Assembly: GCA_023137195.1 (NCBI GenBank)
Contig: JAGLPV010000010.1
Coordinates: 2,947 to 66,946 of the forward strand
Source: Candidatus Aenigmatarchaeota archaeon
GTDB lineage: Archaea > EX4484-52
DNA length: 64,000 nucleotides
Direction of reading: 5' to 3'
Below, one piece after another: positions 56,788-64,000 of the stretch (the first letter of the stretch is position 1; the number at the start of each line of letters is the position of its first letter). The position numbers and the translations under genes are program-made. The notes under the pieces are model-generated. The model had not been told where the DNA came from. It made no database searches and saw nothing but the letters and a program-made list of their open reading frames with translations.

Positions 56788-58746
56788 TCATTCTTTTTTC
56801 AGCAGGCACTGATTCTTTATATATTCAAACATGAATTTCTGCTCATAACCCTTGATTGTGTTATGCATTTTTTCAAATTCATCCAAATCCTTATATTCAA
56901 TAAGTATGTAGTCTCCATAAAACAAAGTTTCCTGTAAAATGTATTTTCCATCCTCGCTCAGGGAAATCCCAATAATAAGTTTTTTATTGATTTTTTTCGC
57001 TTTTATGCTAAAACTCTTGATTAAATTTGCAATCTTGCTTATATTCTGGTTGTTCAGGTTCTCATTTGCAAGTTCGCCCAATATAGCATTCATGTTTATG
57101 AAAATATACTGGGGTATGTTCGCGCTGGCAAAATCAAACAATATTAATTCCTTCAGCCCGTCAAACTGGACATAATGATTAATCTTGATATTTTCCCCCA
57201 GCAGTTGGTTTATTTTTGTCGCCTCGTCATTCCTGTCCGCAAACAATTCCTTGATTTTGAGATTCCGAAGTACATTCTCATTCGTCTGTCCATCTTCTGT
57301 GTTTGAATAATAACTGCTGTAATTAAAAAAATAATTATGCTCTGAATTTTCATCCCCTGTACATTTTTCCAGCAAAAACAGATTCCTGTATTTGCCTGCT
57401 TTTTCATTCAAATGTGCTATATTATTTTCATCCAGACCAGAGGGTATCTTTATTATGGTTTTTGAAAAGAATTCTTCATGAGTCTCTTCAGACTGTGTTT
57501 CAGATGACACCACAGGCGTAGTAAAAAAAGAAGTCTCCTCTGCCGGTCTTTCTGTATACAACTCTACTTTTTTATTCTCTACCAATAACTTCTTACCTTC
57601 AAGTTCCCTTGCATTTAGTTTACATGAAATACAAATATGCCTGTCTATATATCTTTTTTTCATCTCTCTTGCAATTTCTCCTGCACGGGATAAAGTTCCT
57701 TCCTCAGACAGAATAATCACTGAAGCTTTGGGATACGAAAACAGCAAATCCTTTGTAAATTTTTCACCGACCAAAATATCATTTTGGGCAAAAGTCCCGC
57801 TGGACTTCGCCGTTGCAGTAATTTGCTGGTTGTATATTTCTTCCCCCGGAAATGTCAATTTCCTGATATTTGAAATATGCACCTTGCCCTTTGCTATTAT
57901 CCAGTCAACAATAATATCCTGCCTTCCGACAGCAGAACATGCCTTTGTCGCAACATTGATGATTGATTTTTCTTCTGCACTCATCTCATCCCTACTGTCC
58001 GATAAGTCATCGATAAGAATATGCTTTGTTTCTAAAGACCCTCTGTCTTCTTCAACCCCATGCGACTCTATTATAATTTCCTCTTTTCCTGTATCTGGGT
58101 TCTTAAGGCAAAAAGAACCTTTATTATCACCTTGAAGATATTGCTGAACAAGCACAGAAAAATTAATCTCCTTTGCAGCTATTGCGTGAGTCTGGTAGTA
58201 AAAAAGCGCATGAACAGTAAAATAAGACACGACAATCTGTCTTATTGCATCCAGCAACTGGGTTTTCCAGATATGATTCTTGGATTCAAAAACAGAAAAA
58301 CAATAATTACTGTTCTCTTCATCGTTCTTGTAAAACACAGTTGGACGGACAATCACTGCCTTATCCCTTCCCGTACTTATAATATCTCTTATCTGATCAG
58401 AGACTCCCTCTATCTCATCATCTATAAAAATATCATTGTAATATTTGAAAATCTCATTCCTGTAGTTATCCTTTATCTCCAGGTTGGCAAATATACTTAT
58501 TATTTTCTGGGAAATATTCTTCATTGCCTCTACATCATCTTTTTTTACATTCTCAAGTTCGCCCAGATTTGAAACAAACCCATCTATCTGTTCCTTGCTA
58601 AAATTGAACAAGGATAAAACATCTGTTATGATAAAACCACCTGCAATCCCAAAACCCTTTGATTTCAACAGGCTCAGATTTTTTATTTTGCCTCCTGCCG
58701 AAGAACTGCCTATCTGCGAATAATCATCCAGATTAATAAAAGCCAT
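56788..58746 (-). CDS. PEP-utilising-enzyme N-terminal (PPDK_N ATP-grasp-like) domain protein
   Basis: N-terminus GGKIKNLSLLKSKGFGIAGGFIIT resembles the PEP synthase / PPDK nucleotide-binding domain. No phosphohistidine or PEP-binding domain was recognised. Confidence 0.4.
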   Translation of the reverse strand: MAFINLDDYSQIGSSSAGGKIKNLSLLKSKGFGIAGGFIITDVLSLFNFSKEQIDGFVSNLGELENVKKDDVEAMKNISQKIISIFANLEIKDNYRNEIFKYYNDIFIDDEIEGVSDQIRDIISTGRDKAVIVRPTVFYKNDEENSNYCFSVFESKNHIWKTQLLDAIRQIVVSYFTVHALFYYQTHAIAAKEINFSVLVQQYLQGDNKGSFCLKNPDTGKEEIIIESHGVEEDRGSLETKHILIDDLSDSRDEMSAEEKSIINVATKACSAVGRQDIIVDWIIAKGKVHISNIRKLTFPGEEIYNQQITATAKSSGTFAQNDILVGEKFTKDLLFSYPKASVIILSEEGTLSRAGEIAREMKKRYIDRHICISCKLNARELEGKKLLVENKKVELYTERPAEETSFFTTPVVSSETQSEETHEEFFSKTIIKIPSGLDENNIAHLNEKAGKYRNLFLLEKCTGDENSEHNYFFNYSSYYSNTEDGQTNENVLRNLKIKELFADRNDEATKINQLLGENIKINHYVQFDGLKELILFDFASANIPQYIFINMNAILGELANENLNNQNISKIANLIKSFSIKAKKINKKLIIGISLSEDGKYILQETLFYGDYILIEYKDLDEFEKMHNTIKGYEQKFMFEYIKNQCLLKKE

Positions 58747-58817
58747 AACTTCTCTTTGTACAAAACTTAAAATAGCTTTTGTTTTGGCTTTTTTAAATTT
58801 GTATTTAAATTTATTAT

Positions 58818-59549
58818 ATGTCTAAACACATATACAACAATTCTTCAAAAAAATTATCTCTTTCAGTTATAATTCCTGTCTACAATGAGGCAGATATTCT
58901 TGAGAAAAATACAAAAAAAATACAAAAAGCAATTGAAAAAATCACAAAAAACTATGAACTTATTTTTGCAGAGGATGGAAGTACAGATGGCACAGATAAA
59001 TTAGCAAAAAAATTATCATCCAAATGCAGAAATATCCAACATATTCATTTTGAAAAAAGACAGGGAAAAGGACAGGCACTCTCAAATGCATTTAAAAAAT
59101 CAAAAGGAGATATTCTGGTCTTCATGGATATTGACCTTGCAACAGACCTAACTCATGTCTCTGATCTGGTTAATGCAATAAAAAATGGCGCAGATATTGC
59201 GATTGGCTCAAGAGGAATAAAATCATTAGAAAGGTCATTAAAAAGAAACATTGTAAGTTATTGCTACAATAGATGTGTGAGATTTTTATTCAATATAGAC
59301 ATCCGGGATGCTCAGTGTGGGTTTAAGGCATTAAACAGGGGAAAATTACTCACTGTTTTGCCCCACATAAAGGATAAAGAATGGTTCTGGGATACAGAAT
59401 TGCTGATAAAAGCTCATAAAAGAAAATATAAAATTGTTGAAATCCCAATAAAATGGAAAGAGACGAATTTGAGGAAAAGCAAGGTAAATGTATTTAAAGA
59501 TGGAATGAAGATGGGATTAAAGTTAATTAAACTGAAGATGGGGTTGTAA
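58818..59549 (+). CDS. GT2 glycosyltransferase, dolichyl-phosphate mannose/glucose synthase-like
   Basis: SVIIPVYNE, EDGSTDGT and FMDIDLATD (DxD) motifs. Confidence 0.7.
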   Translation: MSKHIYNNSSKKLSLSVIIPVYNEADILEKNTKKIQKAIEKITKNYELIFAEDGSTDGTDKLAKKLSSKCRNIQHIHFEKRQGKGQALSNAFKKSKGDILVFMDIDLATDLTHVSDLVNAIKNGADIAIGSRGIKSLERSLKRNIVSYCYNRCVRFLFNIDIRDAQCGFKALNRGKLLTVLPHIKDKEWFWDTELLIKAHKRKYKIVEIPIKWKETNLRKSKVNVFKDGMKMGLKLIKLKMGL

Positions 59550-59552
59550 TGC

Positions 59553-60941
59553 ATGGATTCGAAAATAAATATAATTTCAAAATACATAATTATAGTTTTA
59601 TTTTTATTCTCACTTTATATTGGCTTTTCTCAAAGCGACAATATTTATTTGTGGGATGAAGCAGTGTACTTGTCAACAGCAGAGAATTTATTTTCATCAA
59701 ATCCATATTACAGCGAAATAGATTACCGCCCCCCCTTATTGCCATTCCTTCTGAAAACAGGCTCTTTTTTCATTGAAATTGAATTAGCAGCTAAATTAAT
59801 TGTGTCTTTATTTTTTTCATTCGGCGTTCTGGGGATATATTTGCTGGCAAACCAAACACACAATAAGAAAACAGGTTTAATTGCATCAATTTTGTTTATT
59901 GCCTCATTGTTTTTACAGCACAGTTCATCTCAACTAATGACAGATATACCTTCAACAACATTGATAATTTTCTGTTTTTATTTCCTGCTTAAAAAAGAAG
60001 ACAAAAAAAACACAGGAAAGAATTTTCTCTATTCTGGGCTTTTCATGGGGCTTGCTATTTTGATGCGCTTTACATCTGCTGTATTTTTTGTACTGGTGCT
60101 TGCTTTTTTATACCTGAAAAAAAAAGATATGAAATTGATTTACAAATATCTCGTTTTCACGCTTATCCCAATGATGCCTTACTTAATATGGGCGCAACTA
60201 ACCCAGAAATTTGCCCTGATGCCATTTATTAAAGCGCAGGTAATTATTGCCGGTAGTGGCGCAGTTGGTGGATTGACTTATTATTTAAATGCAATATATG
60301 TCGCCGGAGGAATAGTTTCAATCATTGGTTTGATTTTATATGTATTTCATCTAAAAAACTTCAACAAAAAAGAATTTCTTCAAAAAGATGTTTTTTTTGT
60401 TTTATGGGCTTTTTTTTTAATTCTTTATTTGACAATAAACCCACACAAAGAAATAAGATATATCTTACCTGCTATGCCGGCAGTTTTTATCCTGGCAGGC
60501 ATCGGATTTTCCCAATTCAAAGACAAATGGATTAATATTTTTACGGCAATTGTATTTTGTTTTGCTCTTCTATATCCCTTGAGCAATGTTGGCTTCTTTG
60601 ACGGAACGCATGATATTGGAGAAGCAACAATGATAAACAGGTCACAATCCATTTATGGCTGTTCTGAATATATCTCAAAAAACATCCCACAAGACAGGGT
60701 TATTTACTCACATTCTCTTTACCCGGTGATTGCATATTACACTAAAAAAAATTGCATTGCAACATGGCCATGGGACGAGAAATTCTACGAAAAATTCCCG
60801 CAAAACATGCCTCATAAAGCATGGTATATTCATTTCACTGATATAAACAAGGAACCGAACCAGGAATGGTTGGACTCGGACAAGCACTTTACCAAGTTAA
60901 AGGAATTTGAAAATATAATTATTTATGAATATGATATCTGA
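59553..60941 (+). CDS. GT-C fold membrane glycosyltransferase (PMT_2/ArnT-like)
   Basis: About 12 TM helices with a YLWDEAVY ... YRPPLLPFL loop motif typical of the GT39/GT83 family. Confidence 0.5.
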   Translation: MDSKINIISKYIIIVLFLFSLYIGFSQSDNIYLWDEAVYLSTAENLFSSNPYYSEIDYRPPLLPFLLKTGSFFIEIELAAKLIVSLFFSFGVLGIYLLANQTHNKKTGLIASILFIASLFLQHSSSQLMTDIPSTTLIIFCFYFLLKKEDKKNTGKNFLYSGLFMGLAILMRFTSAVFFVLVLAFLYLKKKDMKLIYKYLVFTLIPMMPYLIWAQLTQKFALMPFIKAQVIIAGSGAVGGLTYYLNAIYVAGGIVSIIGLILYVFHLKNFNKKEFLQKDVFFVLWAFFLILYLTINPHKEIRYILPAMPAVFILAGIGFSQFKDKWINIFTAIVFCFALLYPLSNVGFFDGTHDIGEATMINRSQSIYGCSEYISKNIPQDRVIYSHSLYPVIAYYTKKNCIATWPWDEKFYEKFPQNMPHKAWYIHFTDINKEPNQEWLDSDKHFTKLKEFENIIIYEYDI

Positions 60942-62808
60942 TTACCTAAAAACCAAAGAGTCATTGCTTGTTATTATTTTTTTTGCTTTCTTTTTAGCCA
61001 TACCCTTATTTTTCGGACCTTTATACACGACAGATGACCGGACAGGTCATACAATTAGACTTGCCCAATTCTCTAAAGTTTTGTTTGAAGGAAATCTTAT
61101 TGTTAGATGGGCGCCGGATTTACTGGGTGGTTTTGGAATGCCTGCTTTCAACTATTACCCTCCTTTAGTTTCTTATATCGGCTCGGTTTTTTTATTTTTT
61201 GGTTTTAATTATATAACAGCTACAAATATCGTGTTTTTCCTGTCAATAATACTATCTGCAATCACCATGTTTTTTTTCTCAAAAACGATTTTTAAAACAA
61301 AAGAACAAGTCCTTCTCTGCTCATTGGCCTATATATTTATTCCATACCGAATTTTAGATATTTACACTCGCGGAGCATTTGCAGAATGTTTTGCGTTTGT
61401 CTTTTTCCCATTAATATTGTATTTTATAACCTTGTATCTAAAAGAAAATAAATTCAAATATCTTGTGTACTTTAGTTTATCTTATTGTGGACTAATACTC
61501 ACTCATCTGATAAGTGTATTGATTTTCACTCCAATAATGATTGCATATTTCCTCTATCTATTGCTTATATTTTATAATAAAAACACAAAAAAGAAAATAT
61601 TTAATTTTCTTTGCATGTTTGTTCTTGGAATATTATTATCTGCATTTTATCTATTTCCTGCAATGCTTGAAAAAAATTTAGTGAAAATAGACGATTCGGA
61701 TGGTATTTTACAATATAAAACAGAGGATCATCTTCTATGCCCCACTCAATTAATAGATCCCTTCTGGAAATTTGGTTATAGTAAAATAGGATGCAACGAC
61801 GGTCTAAGTTTTCAGATAGGTGCTATTTTTTCCATGGCAATAATTCTATGCCTGCTCTATTGGGCATATAACCATAAAAAAAAGGATTTTTTATTCAAAA
61901 AACAAAATAAATTAATGATATTTTTTTTATCTCTTACAATTATATACTTATTTTTCGCAACATACCCCTCTTCTTTTTTATGGGACATCATTCCTTTTAT
62001 TGAATATGTTCAGTTTCCATGGCGCCTGTTGATGATGGTTAGCTTTTGTTCACCCATTTTAATTTCTTTTTCATACTTTGTCTTAATAAAAGAAAAACCA
62101 AGAAAATGGGTTGCTTTTATCCCTTTGCTATTTTTAATACCATATTTATTTTCAGATGTTTTTTATTTTTCTCTCTTTTTAATGGTGTTTGCCTCAATAA
62201 GTTCAATATTATTGTGCTGTAAAAAAAAATATTTATTTTATTCTTTTATTTGCTATATTGTACTGGGAAGTATTTTTTTTACTCCTCCCATCCAGAATAT
62301 TGTTTCCAGCGTTCCCGGACTGGAAAAAGAATTCAACCGTAGTAGTTCATTTGAACCAGAGTATCTCGTAAGTACAATATATACTTCTACTGCAGGAAAT
62401 GAATATATTCCAAAAAACATCTCGATTTGGCCACAACCGGAATCAAAAAGATATAAATTTATTTACGGCAATTACAATATAAAAAATCACATAGTTAAAT
62501 CAAACAGGATATTTCTTGATTTGGAAGTATTGAACAAGACAAAAATACAATATAATATTTTCTATTTCCCTGGATGGAATTTGTACATAAATAATAACAA
62601 AACAAATTTTTCCTATTTTGAATTACACAAACCGCACCTAATTATATTTGAAAAAGGAAATTATACTCTTGATTTAAAATTTGAAAACACAAAAATAAGA
62701 AACACAAGCGAGAAAATTACAGTCTATGCGATACTAATAATAACAATAATTTCTCTTATTTTAATTGCCCGTTCTTTGTTGCCGCCTCAAGTTCCCCCAA
62801 ATCCTTAA
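60925..62808 (+). CDS. Large polytopic membrane protein, possible GT-C-like glycosyltransferase
   Basis: 627 aa with DDRTGHT ... WAPDLLGGFGMPAFNYYPPL loop motifs. Overlaps the upstream gene. Confidence 0.35.
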   Translation: MNMISDYLKTKESLLVIIFFAFFLAIPLFFGPLYTTDDRTGHTIRLAQFSKVLFEGNLIVRWAPDLLGGFGMPAFNYYPPLVSYIGSVFLFFGFNYITATNIVFFLSIILSAITMFFFSKTIFKTKEQVLLCSLAYIFIPYRILDIYTRGAFAECFAFVFFPLILYFITLYLKENKFKYLVYFSLSYCGLILTHLISVLIFTPIMIAYFLYLLLIFYNKNTKKKIFNFLCMFVLGILLSAFYLFPAMLEKNLVKIDDSDGILQYKTEDHLLCPTQLIDPFWKFGYSKIGCNDGLSFQIGAIFSMAIILCLLYWAYNHKKKDFLFKKQNKLMIFFLSLTIIYLFFATYPSSFLWDIIPFIEYVQFPWRLLMMVSFCSPILISFSYFVLIKEKPRKWVAFIPLLFLIPYLFSDVFYFSLFLMVFASISSILLCCKKKYLFYSFICYIVLGSIFFTPPIQNIVSSVPGLEKEFNRSSSFEPEYLVSTIYTSTAGNEYIPKNISIWPQPESKRYKFIYGNYNIKNHIVKSNRIFLDLEVLNKTKIQYNIFYFPGWNLYINNNKTNFSYFELHKPHLIIFEKGNYTLDLKFENTKIRNTSEKITVYAILIITIISLILIARSLLPPQVPPNP

Positions 62809-63421
62809 AACCAGAAAGCCTCTTTTCATTTACAACCAAACTTGGTGTCTCATTTCCAACATTATAAATTTGTTTTATTGTATTCAAAGCAGCATTATCC
62901 ATATTTATATCAAAAGAATAAAGGAAAATGCCCTCATATTTTTCCTTCAGATGTCCAAGCACAAACGCCTGGCTTTCGCATTTCGGACAGTCCCCCTTAT
63001 TGGAGTAAAAATAAAGTATAGTTGTGTAATTAAAACCGCATTTTTCATTTATTTTTTTCATATATAACCAGTGCCTTAATTCAAGAAGAGAATAATATTT
63101 TTTCATCCTCCACACTTGTGGGTCCTCCCATCCAAGCTGGTTTTCAAGATACCCTAGTCTTGCAGACAAATCATACAATGACTGGGTGAGTTGAAGTTGC
63201 CCTGTAGCATTGCATCCTGCTTCTTCTATAATTCGATCCTCTATTTCAGAAGCCATTAAATCAATCTTCAAATCCTGCTCATAATCTGCAAATTTACTTA
63301 GTTTATACGTAAGCATATAATTCCCCACAATAACGCCAATCAGAAATATACAAAGAGTAAGAGAAAAAGCAATCAGAAACTTAGAATAAGAAATATCTCT
63401 TCTTACTTTCTTTGGTATCAT
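62756..63421 (-). CDS. Membrane-anchored thioredoxin-fold (DsbA-like) thiol-disulfide oxidoreductase
   Basis: N-terminal TM helix and a CPKC active-site motif. Confidence 0.45.
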   Translation of the reverse strand: MIPKKVRRDISYSKFLIAFSLTLCIFLIGVIVGNYMLTYKLSKFADYEQDLKIDLMASEIEDRIIEEAGCNATGQLQLTQSLYDLSARLGYLENQLGWEDPQVWRMKKYYSLLELRHWLYMKKINEKCGFNYTTILYFYSNKGDCPKCESQAFVLGHLKEKYEGIFLYSFDINMDNAALNTIKQIYNVGNETPSLVVNEKRLSGFKDLGELEAATKNGQLK

Positions 63422-63452
63422 ACAAATAATAAAAAAGAAGAGTTTTATATAT

Positions 63453-64000
63453 TTAGAGATTTTCTCTCATCATTTCAGTCAAATCTTCAGGCATTGTTGA
63501 AATCACAGGCGTGTCCTGCAATACTTCCATAAAAGCACGATCTGCTGTATAATTCTCTGTTAATTTCGGTCTTGCTATTATCCTTATTATTATATTGAAA
63601 AAATCAAATTCCCTGTTCTTCTCTTCATCTGAACACATAGGCGCAGAAATTATTGACATGTTCAAAGACGATACGCCTGTTTTTTCATAGGCAGACAAAA
63701 TTTTCACCAGCCCTTCTGACAAAGCCATTATATCTGTATCGTCCATATCATAAAAGGAAGATTTGTTTAGCATAACGCCCAAGAGTTCTCTATCTGCGGA
63801 AGGAGCAAATTTTGATTTAAACCACAAATCATTAGTCTGGTATATCCCTCTTTGCTTGTCCTGTAACATCAATTCCTTGAAATAATTTACCTCGTTTTTT
63901 TCATGGAATTCTCTTGCCTTCTCTATGATTCTCTTAGTATAATTCGAAGGGGTTTCATCTGCGACAATCTGGATATGGGGATGCACCAAAGATGCCCCGG
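63453..64000 (-). CDS. GalT-like HIT-family nucleotidyltransferase (galactose-1-phosphate uridylyltransferase-like), C-terminal part; gene start lies beyond the right edge
   Basis: A VHPHIQ (HPHxQ HIT-like) motif at the window edge. The frame stays open upstream to position 64000. Confidence 0.4.
   Translation of the reverse strand, partial: GASLVHPHIQIVADETPSNYTKRIIEKAREFHEKNEVNYFKELMLQDKQRGIYQTNDLWFKSKFAPSADRELLGVMLNKSSFYDMDDTDIMALSEGLVKILSAYEKTGVSSLNMSIISAPMCSDEEKNREFDFFNIIIRIIARPKLTENYTADRAFMEVLQDTPVISTMPEDLTEMMRENL

Noticed and set aside
1-64000. Integrase, transposase or recombinase genes that would define the accessory segments as bona fide mobile elements
   Set aside because: None was found in any frame. 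The mobile or defence interpretation therefore rests on gene content (BRO-N, HNH, Mrr, RelE, helicase remnant) and flanking repeats only.

Overview
This is a low-GC (roughly one-third G+C by eye), gene-dense window that reads as archaeal and probably comes from a small-genome DPANN-like lineage. The archaeal calls rest on a class I lysyl-tRNA synthetase, an archaeal DnaG, an archaeal-type PEP carboxylase, RNA polymerase subunit N, ribosomal protein L34e, peptidyl-tRNA hydrolase Pth2, a digeranylgeranylglyceryl-phosphate synthase, a class III signal-peptide pilin and an intron-containing tRNA.

The core content is:
- a tightly overlapping lysine-biosynthesis operon (dapA ... lysA-pepcA-dapF-dapL);
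- fumarate hydratase class I alpha and beta subunits;
- LysRS and MetRS;
- three tRNAs: Ala-GGC, Gln-CTG, and Glu-TTC with an 18-nt intron;
- ribosomal proteins L34e and L23, and rpoN;
- a dtxR-feoAB iron-uptake operon with clear operator palindromes;
- deoxyhypusine synthase, NAD kinase, and stomatin, AI-2E and phasin-like genes;
- a glycosylation cluster of a GT2 dolichyl-phosphate sugar transferase, two GT-C-like membrane proteins and a GalT-like gene.

The accessory or unusual content is:
1. A roughly 100-bp conserved element lies immediately 3' of tRNA-Ala and, in inverted orientation, 3' of tRNA-Glu 20.5 kb away, with local degenerate tandem copies.
2. A repeat-rich 556-bp intergenic array (TTTGACAGTT motif at about 100-bp period plus an inverted pair) sits upstream of a translationally coupled three-gene operon of 62, 78 and 218 aa. 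Its last member has a caspase-like His-Gly ... Ala-Cys signature. The whole cassette, together with a PAP2-dolichol-kinase fusion gene, lies between a TadC/FlaJ-like gene and a FlaI/TadA-like ATPase gene.
3. A decayed mobile patch at 38.4-40.6 kb holds an HNH nuclease with a novel N-terminus, an SF1 helicase remnant and a C39 peptidase fragment.
4. A defence-like island at 43.1-49.8 kb holds a RelE/antitoxin pair, a BRO-N protein, a Schlafen/AlbA_2-HATPase_c_4 protein, an HNH protein, a TM-anchored Mrr_cat nuclease and a decarboxylase-fold protein. The BRO-N/Schlafen segment is bracketed by roughly 140-bp direct repeats.

No integrase, transposase, CRISPR array or rRNA was found. All functional calls come from reading motifs in the supplied translations; no database search was run.
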